In this document: piece after piece, positions 12,291-22,568 of the stretch
How positions within the stretch are numbered: position 1 is the first letter of the stretch
How the letters are laid out: each line of letters starts with the position of its first letter
Origin: Octopus vulgaris
Taxonomy: Eukaryota
Direction of reading: 5' to 3'
Length of the DNA stretch: 64,000 nucleotides
NCBI GenBank assembly: GCA_951406725.2
Contig: OX597816.1
Coordinates: 101,804,001-101,868,000, forward strand
The notes under the pieces: generated by a model
Seen by the model: only the letters and a program-made list of their open reading frames with translations
Database searches by the model: none
What the model was told of the DNA's origin: nothing
Made by a program: the position numbers and the translations under genes

Positions 12291-13448
12291 ATGCTCCGAT
12301 GGATGTGTAATGTCAGTGTACATACTCGACAGAGCGTTAGCACCTTGAGAGAAATGTTGTACCTAAGAAGCATCAGTTGTGGTGTGCAAGAGAGACGATT
12401 GCGCTGGTATGGTCATGTGGCGAGAATGGATGAAGATAGGTGTGTGAGAAAGTGCCAATCCCTAGCAGTTGAGGGAACCCGTGGAAGAGGTAGACCCAGG
12501 AAAACCTGGGACGAGGTGGTGAAGCACGACCTTCGAACTTTAGGCCTCACTGAGGAAATGACCAGAGACCGAGACCTTTGGAAATATTCTGTACGTGAGA
12601 AGACCAGGCAGGACAAGTGAGCCCAGCCCACTTATGAATGCCTTTCCTCCCTTGGACACAAAGACCGGTTGAGGCAAGCGAAGTCGATATAGAACCTCAT
12701 CCGACGACAGACACCCATGCCAACCCCCCATGCTTGCGAAGACATGTTGGGGCAAGCGAAATCGAAATCGAAATCGAAACCGAATTGAACCAGCCAGGAT
12801 CCCTGGCCTGGTGGTACGTAAAAAGCACTATCCGACTCGTGGCCGTGGCACGTAAAATACTCCAATGCGACCGTACGACAGGCACCCATGCCAACCCCCT
12901 TTGCTTGTGAAGACATGTTGGGGCAAGCGAAATCGAAATTGAATTGAACCAGCCAGGATCCCTGGTCTGATGGTACGTAAAAAGCACTATCCGACTCGTG
13001 GCCGTGGCACGTAAAATACTCCAATGCGACCGTACGACAGGCACCCTTGCCAACCCCCTTTGCTTGTGAAGACATGTTGGGGCAAACGAAATCGAAATCG
13101 AATTGAACCAGCCAGGATCCCTGGTCTGGTGGTACGTAAAAAGCACTATCCGACTCGTGGCCGATGCCAGCACCGCCTCGACTGGCTTCCGTGCCGGTGG
13201 CACATAAAATACACCAATCTGACCGTGGCCGTTGCCAGCCCCGCCTGGCACCTGTGCAGGTGGCACGTAAAAAGCACCCACTACACTCACGGAGTGGTTG
13301 GCGTTAGGAAGGGCATCCAGCTGTAGAAACATTGCCAAATTTAGACTGGAGCCTGGTGCAGCCTTCTGGCTTCCCAGAACCCCGGTCGAACCGTCCAACC
13401 CATGCTAGCATGGAGAACGGACGTTAAACGACGATGATGATGATGATG

Positions 13449-13450
<2 letters not shown>
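12291..13450 (+). mobile_element. 5'-truncated RTE LINE with tandemly repeated 3' UTR
   Basis: MLRWMCNV...RLRWYGHVARM...GRGRPRKTW...KTRQDK*, then 3' UTR and (GAT)n tail; CpG-rich, so probably young. Confidence 0.9.
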
Positions 13451-13480
<30 letters not shown>

Positions 13481-13775
13481 CGGATGAATGGGTGAATGGA
13501 CAGATGGATGGACTAGTGTGGGGTAGGGCATGGAATCAATTCAGTAACTATACAAGCTCTCATATACAATGTGCCATGCATCTAATTTATTTATTGTAAC
13601 AAATGCTTCAAATACACTATAGCACCAAACTGCAAAGACAAACATTTATGTATAGAATACTTTTTAATTTTGAATAAAGAAATGATTGAAGGCTGTAAGA
13701 GTTAATTGTTAAATGTTAATTATCACTTAAGATATCATTTGTTTTATTGCTATGTCTTTTTTTTTAACTCTCCAG

Positions 13776-13919
13776 GTGGACCCATTCCATACACTGTTTG
13801 GTCTTGCTGGACTGTCTCTGCTTGGTGATAAGTCTATCAAAGAAGTGAATCCAGTTTTCTGTATGCCCCAGGAGACTATTGACAAGCTTGGCATCAGACT
13901 GCAACTTCTCTCACTTTGA
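13776..13919 (+). CDS. RABGGTB: RABGGTB last coding exon
   Basis: tccag|GTG GAC CCA TTC CAT...CTT TGA; VDPFHTLFGLAGLSLLG...NPVFCMPQETIDKLGIRLQLLSL*. Spliced CDS plus an upstream ATG gives 332 aa. Confidence 0.95.
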   Translation: MDPFHTLFGLAGLSLLGDKSIKEVNPVFCMPQETIDKLGIRLQLLSL

Positions 13920-14051
13920 AGCAAATCAACTTCCATTCTTAATAATCAGACTTTATTTTTCCAATACAAACCATGTTTTATTTATTCATTTCAAGTTTGT
14001 ACAGCTTCAAACTCTTTGAACTATATTTCAACAGGCCTAATCATTGTGACA

Positions 14052-14057
14052 AATAAA
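14052..14057 (+). terminator. Candidate polyadenylation signal of RABGGTB
   Basis: AATAAA about 130 nt after the stop codon; use is unverified. Confidence 0.35.
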
Positions 14058-14921
14058 TTATATGTATATAATTTGATATAGTGCTCATTATCATGATCAT
14101 TGTTTTAACATCCACTTGTCTATGTTTGCATGGGTCATATGAAATTTGTTGAAGTGTATTTTCTACAGCTTGATACCCTTCTTCTTGCCAATCATCACCT
14201 TTTTTTAAGTAAATATTTCCTCTAGACTTCCAAATATGAACTATACAATGGGTAAGTGTGATTGCATGAAAGGTTTCAAATGAACAAAATAGTCTGTATG
14301 ACAAGTTCACTCATTTATAACCAGGGCGATTTGATGACAAGACTTACTCTCACACACACTGACGTAAACAAACATACACACACACACACCTATATGTATA
14401 CAATGGACTTCTTTCAATTTCCCTCTACCAGATCCATTTACAAGGTGCCATACAGTGGGGCTGAACCTGAAACCACTTGTCAGAGAAACTCATCACGCTG
14501 CTAGGTCTGTTTTAGCATAGTTTCTGTAGCTTGCTGCCTTGCCTAATACCTTCCACTTTACATCTGGGTCCTTTTTTCTTGGCACCAGCACTAGTGAGGA
14601 TGCTTTACAACCTGTTAGACTAAAAGGCATAAAGGGGGCCCCCTGTAACTGAAGGAGAAAAGGAGAAAGTGGGAGGATTTTAGGCAAGATGATATGTGGG
14701 GTGAGGTTTATAGTTGTGAGAGTAACAGAGTAGTTACTTTTAGGTGAGGAAGTATTAGAGGAACAGGGGAAAGGAAGAGATTGGTGTCAGTGGTTAGTGA
14801 GAAAAGGTGAGACAGAGTGGAAAGAGTTGTGAAGTGGGTTATGCACATGGGCTTCATGGCTATTCCACATTATAAGATGTGATGGAGAAGGAAAATAGAT
14901 GAGGGCAGCAAGGGTCTAGAG

Positions 14922-15228
14922 CAGGATTGCCCAACCTGGGGCCCGCAGACTTTCATCTTGTGGCCTGCTTGATACTTTCTTGAAGTATTGTGTTTAATTT
15001 CAAAGTAAAATTGTGTAAAACCTTTGTTTCAAAATAGATTTTAAATTTATAAGTGGCAATAAAGCAATAGCCTACAATTTTATAATTTTAAACAAATGAA
15101 AAATATGAAAAATTTTCAATTCTATAATTTGATTATTTGACTATTAGTGCATAAAGTATACAAGTGGCTCTCAAAAAAGTTTCTGTGATTAAAGTGACCC
15201 ACAATATAATTCAAGTTGGCCAGGCCTA
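14922..15228. mobile_element. hAT (Charlie/Buster-like) MITE
   Basis: Ends caggattgcccaac ... gttggccaggccta; perfect 8-bp TSD gtctagag at 14914-14921 and 15229-15236. Confidence 0.85.
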
Positions 15229-15589
15229 GTCTAGAGAGAGCCAATTAGAGCTGTAGGGGCCATGGAGGATAGGCCAAAGAAATGAGAGGGTGGTGATGAT
15301 AATATCTAGTCAAGTAAGGCAGGGAGATGTCATATGTATTGACTAGTATAGGGTATCATCTACTATAAGAGCATAAAGTCGATGGACTAAGTTTTGAAAG
15401 TAATAGAAACAGTTATAGCACAGCTAATTAGATAGGGAATTAACTCAGATGAGATGCAGTTCATGTTTGTATCAGGACAGAATGTTGTCAGTGTCCTCTT
15501 TCTAATAAGAATGGCTGCAGTGTTCTAAGGGTAAATCATAACACTCAACATTTGTTAACTTGGAGATGCCCTTTAATCAGGAATCACGC

Positions 15590-16660
15590 CAGGTGGTTAC
15601 TAAATAGACTAAATGACTGGCTCATGAGATCTGTGTAAACCATGTATAAAGATACTGTTTGTAGAATGAAAGTAAGGAGTTGAGCAAAGAATTTAGCATG
15701 TAAGTGTTCATCAGAGCTCAGTGTTCAGTCCATTCTTGTTCATTATGGTTATTTAGGCTCTAACAGAAAATTTTAAGACATAGTTGCCTTTGCAAAGTTT
15801 TATATGAAGATAACCTATTTGTCAGAGCTGAATTTGTTGAAAATTAGAAAAGACATTCTGAATCAGAAAGCAAACCCTAGAATCAAGATGTCTTAAAGTA
15901 AATGTTGCAAAACTGAAATTTTGTTTTGCAGGAATGGTACCTAACTGTCAACTAGAAAATGGCCATGCTCAATATGTTGAAAAGAAGTTGGTAGAAATTT
16001 CATATAATACACTTAATGTAAACTGTAGGTGCACAAGAGATGCAGTGGGATCACAGACAGGTTGACAGGGAAGTAAGACTTTTCATATATAATGGAAGTG
16101 CTGAAGTAGTTAGTAGTAAGAACACTCATAAGATGAATTCTCTGAAGTACCCGGAAGCCTCTCTACAAGTAGTTGACAGTTTCAGCTGTTCTCGAGCACA
16201 TTTCAGGAAGAAACCCAAACCTCTACTTCATGGACAACTACATTCTAATTTTTAGAAGATCCTAAATCAAATTATTTTGGAGAGAGAATTTATTCATATT
16301 AAAGATAGAAAGACATAACATTATTCTGAAAATGATGAATAGCATTTGTTCTATAAAATAAATATTTGAAAAATTTAATTGACAGATAACTTATCTTGTG
16401 GAACTTCAGAAAATTATTACAAAACTCTTAGGTTCCTGGGAATCCACTTTCAGAAACCCTGACCAAGGTGACCTAATTAGCAGTGGTAGTGAGTGTTATG
16501 AAAGCAAAGTAACAACAATAAGGAAAGTTCAGATATCTATTACCTCTGCTGGCAACAAAAGGATTCTTTCTTGGTGTGAAAGGCAGATTTTATGATATTT
16601 GCATAGACTGTAATAACGCATGGAAGCAAAATATGGGCATTGAACATAGTGGGTGTGCAG
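15590..16660 (+). mobile_element. Old degenerate RTE LINE (RT region)
   Basis: Remnants of WL.R.V..MYKD, HQ.SV.SP.LF, WPCSIC..VGRN, with many stops. Confidence 0.65.
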
Positions 16661-16664
16661 ATCT

Positions 16665-17773
16665 TCCAGGACGAGGTTTGTCATCTAGGCTGTAGTTTGA
16701 AGCTTGGAATTTCTGAAACTACCGTTGACATTGCCGTACGCTTACTGTCCGATCCCTATATACTGCATTAATATTCCTCGCACTTTCCATTGCGTTGTTG
16801 CTTTTATTGAACTCATAAAACAAATTATGTCGAATATGCTCCTTTGGCACTTCCATTATAGCTGGCTAGATCCTGATATTTGTCAAGTTTTTTTAATTTC
16901 TTTGGTATCACTCTGTTATTATAAGGAACTGCAATGTCTATGTAGAGCTCAAAGAGGACGTCATGCAAACTCTGGTGGAACAAAATCCCATTGTAACTAT
17001 TGAGGAACTAACAGAGAAGCTTGGATTTGGTCATTCAACCATTCATTGACACATGCGTGCCATCAGAAAAGTCAGCAAACTGGGTCAATGAGTTCCTCAC
17101 AAACTTTCCGAGGCTAATCATATGCAGAGAGTGAATATGTGTGCTTTTTTACTGTCACGTCTCATGAATGAACCTTTTTTGGACCGAAAGTGAATGGTGA
17201 CAAGAAATGGGTTCTCTATAAAAATGTCAAGCGTTGAAGACAGTGGGTAGGGAAAGGAGAAATACCGGCACCCCAGGCTAAAGAAGGTCTTCACCCACGT
17301 AGTGTGTTATCTGTTTAGTGGGATATGAAAGGTTTAGTCCACTTTGAACAACAATCCAAACGACAACAAAGGAGATCTACTGCGAGCAGCTTGAGCGGCT
17401 TAAGGCAGCGTTGGACGAAAAATGACTCTCTTTGGTTTCAAGACGAAAGGTGTTCTTCCATCAGGATAATGCTCAGCCACATACAGCGAGGATGACACTC
17501 CAAAGGCTGGATCGTTTATTCCGCAGTCTTCAAAATCATTTGGACAGAAAAAATATGAACTCTGTAAACGAGGTCAGAACAGTATTGGAGGAGTATTTTT
17601 CGTCACGGACAAGTGAATTTTGGAAAAGGCTCCTTGCAAGTCTAGCAGATAGATAGAAGCGCATTGTAGAAATTGAAGGAGAGTGTATTTAGATTAAAAA
17701 AGAACTTTGTTTATCTTAATTTTGAAAATAAAAGAAGTATAAAAAAACGCATTATTTATAGGATTACCCAATA
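16665..17773 (+). mobile_element. Degenerate mariner transposon
   Basis: GDKKWVLY, WDMKG, FFHQDNAQPHTA and LFRSLQNHL motifs with frameshifts; 3' TIR-like aaaacgcattatttataggattacccaa-ta; 5' TIR not seen. Confidence 0.85.
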
Positions 17774-18158
17774 CAAGTACAACATTTGTGAAATTAGGTA
17801 AAGTATTTATTGTAGAAAATAACGTGATATAAACGAGTGAATCACTAACTACAACATATTGTACATATTAAAAGTAATCAAATGTGTATATATGTGTACA
17901 TTTTTTTTCATTTTCTTGCTATTTTAGCATTTTTATTTACGTCCTTATAGTCTCATTAGCAACTATCATCGTCTACATTTTTCAATAGCTCCGTTGCTTT
18001 ACACGGCTCGAGTACTCGAGGTGTTTATTATATAAGGAACAATGTGAAAAGTATTACGATTGAAGGGAGACAACTGTGTATATTTTGCGTTACTGAACTT
18101 TTGACTAAAGAAAGAAAATATTCGGAAACAATTTATTAAAACCTGCACAAACACACAT

Positions 18159-18198
<40 letters not shown>

Positions 18199-18576
18199 TA
18201 TATATATGTATGTGTGTGTGTGTGTGTATTAATTTCCGTTTTCAATTTGTCACATAAAATAGGATTCATGAACATCATACTTAGAAAAAATAATATTTAT
18301 ATCTGCTATTCGTTTGGCATATTTTAAGTATACATTTTATTACACAATTCAAAAACATCAGTTTTTCGTTTTCAACCTTCTCTTTATTGATGTCTGATTT
18401 TCTGAGTATCAATAAATAGTCCGGCACCTCTTTTAGTCCGGACAAATTACGACATGGTACCTGAAATTCCTCCGACCGCCAAACAAGGGTGTCACTGTTT
18501 ACTTTATCACTGATACGGATCGTTCTCGATTTTGTGTGGTATTTTAAGGATTATTTTACACACATTTAATCTGAAC

Positions 18577-20211
18577 ATGGATTCTAAGAAAGATGCAAGT
18601 GTTGGTTGTGGTGTAAAGCGTAAACACCAGTCGATATCGATAAAAGATAAGGTAGAGCTATTGCAAAAACTGGAAAGTGGCGTTTCAATACGAAAACTAT
18701 GCGATATGTATGGCATCGGTTCATCAACTGTTTACGATATAAAGAAGCAGAGAGAGAAACTATTTAAATTCTATATAGACAGTGGTTGCAAGAAGCAGAT
18801 GAGTACAAGAAAAACTATGAAAGGTGTTAAAAGTATTGAACATGATCGGGTAATGAAGGACTGGATTCAACAACGTCGGCGTCAAGGAGAAGAATTAACG
18901 AGTAATATGTTAATGGAACAGGCTAAAATTTTCCATCGTCAACTTAATTTAGATTATGAGTGTGACTATAGTGAAGGATGGCTTCAAAGGTTTAAGAGAC
19001 GTCAGGGGATTTCCTTACAGAAATTGTCTACGGAAAAACGGTTTGCGAAGCACGAAGGAACTGTCGAGTATGTTCAGGAATTTTCTAAACTTATAACTCG
19101 CGAGTATCTTACTCCCGAGCAAGTGTATAATGCCGATGAAACGGTATTATATTGGAGATGTATACCAAAAGGAGTTTTGACCAGAGAGGACAAAGAAGAA
19201 TTTGAACGATCTAGGGAAATAATTACTATTTTAGGATGCTCAAACGCAGCAGGAACCCACAGATGTAAACCACTAGTTGTAGGGAAAAGTAAATGTTCAA
19301 CGGCGTTGAAAGACACAAAAGAATACCCAATAATATATCGTACAAATAAAAACGGCAACATTACCACTGGGATTACTTTAGAATGGTTAGAAAAGTATTT
19401 TGTGCCAGAAGCCAGAGCCCACTGCACATCCGTAGGTCTACCAGAAGACTGCAAAATTCTTCTCATTTTGGATAACTGCTCGACTCACCCTAAGGCTGAA
19501 CTAAGTCAAAAGAATGTTTTTACTTTGTATTTACCACCAAACTGTGCATCGCATATCCAGCCACAAGAGCAAGGAATACTTCATTGTCTGAAAACAGAGT
19601 ACCGCTTACTTTTCATGAGACATATATTAGATGTAGTAAATACTGGTAGGCCTTTAGAGAAATTTATGGCAGAATTTAACATAGATGACCTGCTTTATTA
19701 TATTGCTAACGCTTGGCAGAACCTAACAACATCAACACTAAAAGCTGGCTGGCATAAGTTATGGCCTGAGTTGATGCATGATAATCCAATTGAAGAAAAG
19801 TTTGGATATAACTGGACAGGATTTCATTTACAAAAGGAAAAAGAAGTTGTCGATGAGTTGCTGGATTATGCTGAAAATATTGCTGGAGATGATGCGAAAT
19901 GCGTAGCACAGAAACTTAATAACGAAAACCTGTCTGAATGGTTAAGTATCGACGAAATATCACCTATTGTCTATCACAATGTTGATCCCGATATTGTAGG
20001 TGTTTCTCTAATTTCTGGCAGCAACAAAGGTGTTGAGGAATGCAAAGATAAAAATGAAATTGATGAAAGATTTAGTATTGAGAAGATAATTAACTTGTTG
20101 GCTGAAGTAATTACAGGGTTAGAACAACGTAACTTTATGAGTGAACAAGAGCTAATGAGTCTATATTTGATATATGAAAAGCTACATGTGGAAAAATCAA
20201 AGCAATTGTAA
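18577..20211 (+). CDS. Jerky/Tigger-derived (pogo, CENP-B HTH + DDE_1) protein, 544 aa, intronless; probable domesticated transposase
   Basis: ATG in aacATGg context. N-terminal KRK-HTH (KRKHQSISIKDKVELL...YGIGSSTVYDIKK), second HTH (SEGWLQRFKRR), VYNADET, LILDNCSTHP, and LPPN...IQPQEQG where QPMDQG is canonical. No stops or frameshifts. Confidence 0.88.
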   Translation: MDSKKDASVGCGVKRKHQSISIKDKVELLQKLESGVSIRKLCDMYGIGSSTVYDIKKQREKLFKFYIDSGCKKQMSTRKTMKGVKSIEHDRVMKDWIQQRRRQGEELTSNMLMEQAKIFHRQLNLDYECDYSEGWLQRFKRRQGISLQKLSTEKRFAKHEGTVEYVQEFSKLITREYLTPEQVYNADETVLYWRCIPKGVLTREDKEEFERSREIITILGCSNAAGTHRCKPLVVGKSKCSTALKDTKEYPIIYRTNKNGNITTGITLEWLEKYFVPEARAHCTSVGLPEDCKILLILDNCSTHPKAELSQKNVFTLYLPPNCASHIQPQEQGILHCLKTEYRLLFMRHILDVVNTGRPLEKFMAEFNIDDLLYYIANAWQNLTTSTLKAGWHKLWPELMHDNPIEEKFGYNWTGFHLQKEKEVVDELLDYAENIAGDDAKCVAQKLNNENLSEWLSIDEISPIVYHNVDPDIVGVSLISGSNKGVEECKDKNEIDERFSIEKIINLLAEVITGLEQRNFMSEQELMSLYLIYEKLHVEKSKQL

Positions 20212-21637
20212 CGAATTTTCTGAAATGAAAAGCCTAGCCTCAAGCATTATATCGTGTAAGAGACCAACAACGTACATCAGCTTTTACTGAATTGACTCTT
20301 ATTGAGACAGACCATCACTAGTCGTTTAACGTTCTGCATTTATCATTGTATACGAAACAGTAAGACGAAAAGATAAGGCATAATGGCTGTGAAGTAAAAA
20401 TGTTGAACTACTGATGGCTATATGGATAAAGCTTAAATCTTACCATTGTGCCGTGCCCCTAAGCAAGGTACATAACTCTGCTTACTTCAGTGCACCTGAT
20501 TGATATATATCTGTTTCACTCCCTACTTCATAGTTGAATGGTAAGTGCTACAAGTAAAACTATCCCACCCGTGCTCGCACAAGAAAATGGAAGTTGAAAT
20601 TGTGTAATATATTTGCATCCAAAAACGTATTGTTTTCTCCTTCCTCACACCATACAAGCATGTTGAAACTATTATCTATAAAAATGCATATTAATAACCC
20701 AACTTCTATGAATTTGGGGTTGCATTGAAAATTTTAAACTTTACCACTTTGGTGTTGGTAGTACTACAAAATACTTTGTAAGTACAGATATTGATAAAAC
20801 TTTTATTTTTATTCAACTTCTTAAATTGTATCATGACTGTTTAATTATTTGATTAAAGTGTGTAATTTATATACCACTAATGCATTTTGGAAAGAGTTAC
20901 ATATGATTGAGTTGATAGTATCAACCTTGCAGATGACAGTTAAGTGCTCTCTAATATACTTAATGCAATAAGCCAAGAAATTTTAAGTAATTAAAATTAC
21001 ACTCATGATATTGAGAAAAATATGTACTATGGTTTATGTTTCTAGTCAAAAAGGAGGGGAGGCAACCTAGAATTAAAAATTAATTAAAAATGTAATATAA
21101 TAGAAATTAAGTCTATGTTTTCATAGTACAGTGACAACAGTTTACTGCACAATGTCCATAACCAAGACAATTCTCCCTGGTTCAGATCACTTATCTGTGA
21201 ATATGTAACATGAAGAGCAGCTCACAATTATAGCACTGAACCACTGTAAGTAGTGTCTTGTTGGTTTGCTTTGCTGAGTTGAAGTTATATTTTCCTGGGA
21301 AAAGCAATGAGAAACTACTTCAGTGTTTTGTTACTTGAAAATAGTGCAGATGTTTTATCTGAATCATTGTCATGAGTGATTAAAGTTTTAAAAATAGCTT
21401 TCTGAAGGCATATGAATCTCACAATTCAATATCATTTCCTTTAAAGATCCACACATTTGGACATATGTTTAGATAAGTAACAGAAAAAAGGGTAAATACT
21501 TTGTAATCTAAGATCTGATTTCAATTCTCATTTGAAGATTACTCACCTAATTTTCTTCTTGGTCACGACATGGATATTACATAACCTGATTTCTATTCTT
21601 TTACACATTTTTGCTATTACACTTTTGTAAAAAAAAA

Positions 21638-21643
21638 AATAAA
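21638..21643 (+). terminator. Candidate polyA signal of the Jerky-like gene
   Basis: AATAAA followed by T-rich sequence after ~1.4 kb of repeat-poor DNA. Confidence 0.3.
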
Positions 21644-22229
21644 ATACATTTAGTATTATATTTATGCTTTAGTATTTGATTAATTAATCTAAATAGCATA
21701 AAATATGTGAACTTAATAGTTAACATATTTTTCCTCACAATCCATCTTTCTACAAAACTGTCTTAATCTGTGTAGTGAACCAATTCTTCTCCCTAATCAG
21801 TAAATGCTTCTACAAAGTAAAAATGAACTCCACAAATTATTCAACAACAGGAATAATATGAAAGCCATGCATATAGAACATCAGTAAGGTACATTAGAGT
21901 CGAACCATGCCATAATGAAATATACTATAAACTTCCCATGCTGGTAAAAGAAAAAAACAGATGTTGACTTGTAGACACAATTTGAAGTTCTTGTTACTTA
22001 AGAAGTGAGAAGAACTTCAGGCTGATGAACAAGGCACAGCTCGTCTTTTGCTTACTCAGTTCTTGTGGAATCTCTCTGGAGAAGAATGTGTCTAAATTCA
22101 TTCTTTTATTTTTTTACTTGTTTCAGTCATCTGACTGCAGGCATGCTCAAGCAAATACTAATCTAATATATATTATACACACACGTGCACACACATATAT
22201 ATACATACATTTATATATGTATATTTATA

Positions 22230-22272
<43 letters not shown>

Positions 22273-22531
22273 ACATTTGTTTTTATTAGAAGCGTCAAAT
22301 GTGTATTGTACAATACAACAAAGAAGGGGATATTTTTTCGAACCCATCACCACTGTTAGAAATAATGGGTAAATTACACTTACAAGGTGGTAAAAGTTGT
22401 AAACAAATACCTTGTAAGGGTAATTTATCCATTCTTTCTGCTGTTCTAATGGCAATGCTGCATTAAAAAAAATATCACTTTCTTGTTTGTATTCTAAAAT
22501 ATATGTATATGCGTGTATGTGTGTGTGTGTA

Positions 22532-22564
<33 letters not shown>

Positions 22565-22568
<4 letters not shown>

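Noticed and set aside
12704-13165. Repeat array that could be mistaken for CRISPR
   Set aside because: Units are whole tandem duplications in a LINE 3' UTR with no unique spacers; eukaryotic context, no cas genes.
12632-13398. ORFs of 147 and 233 aa on the minus strand
   Set aside because: Antisense read-through of the GC-rich tandem repeats; no protein family signal.
18532-18576. TTG-initiated N-terminal extension of the 559-aa ORF
   Set aside because: Eukaryotic gene; the first ATG at 18577 has good context and precedes the homologous region.
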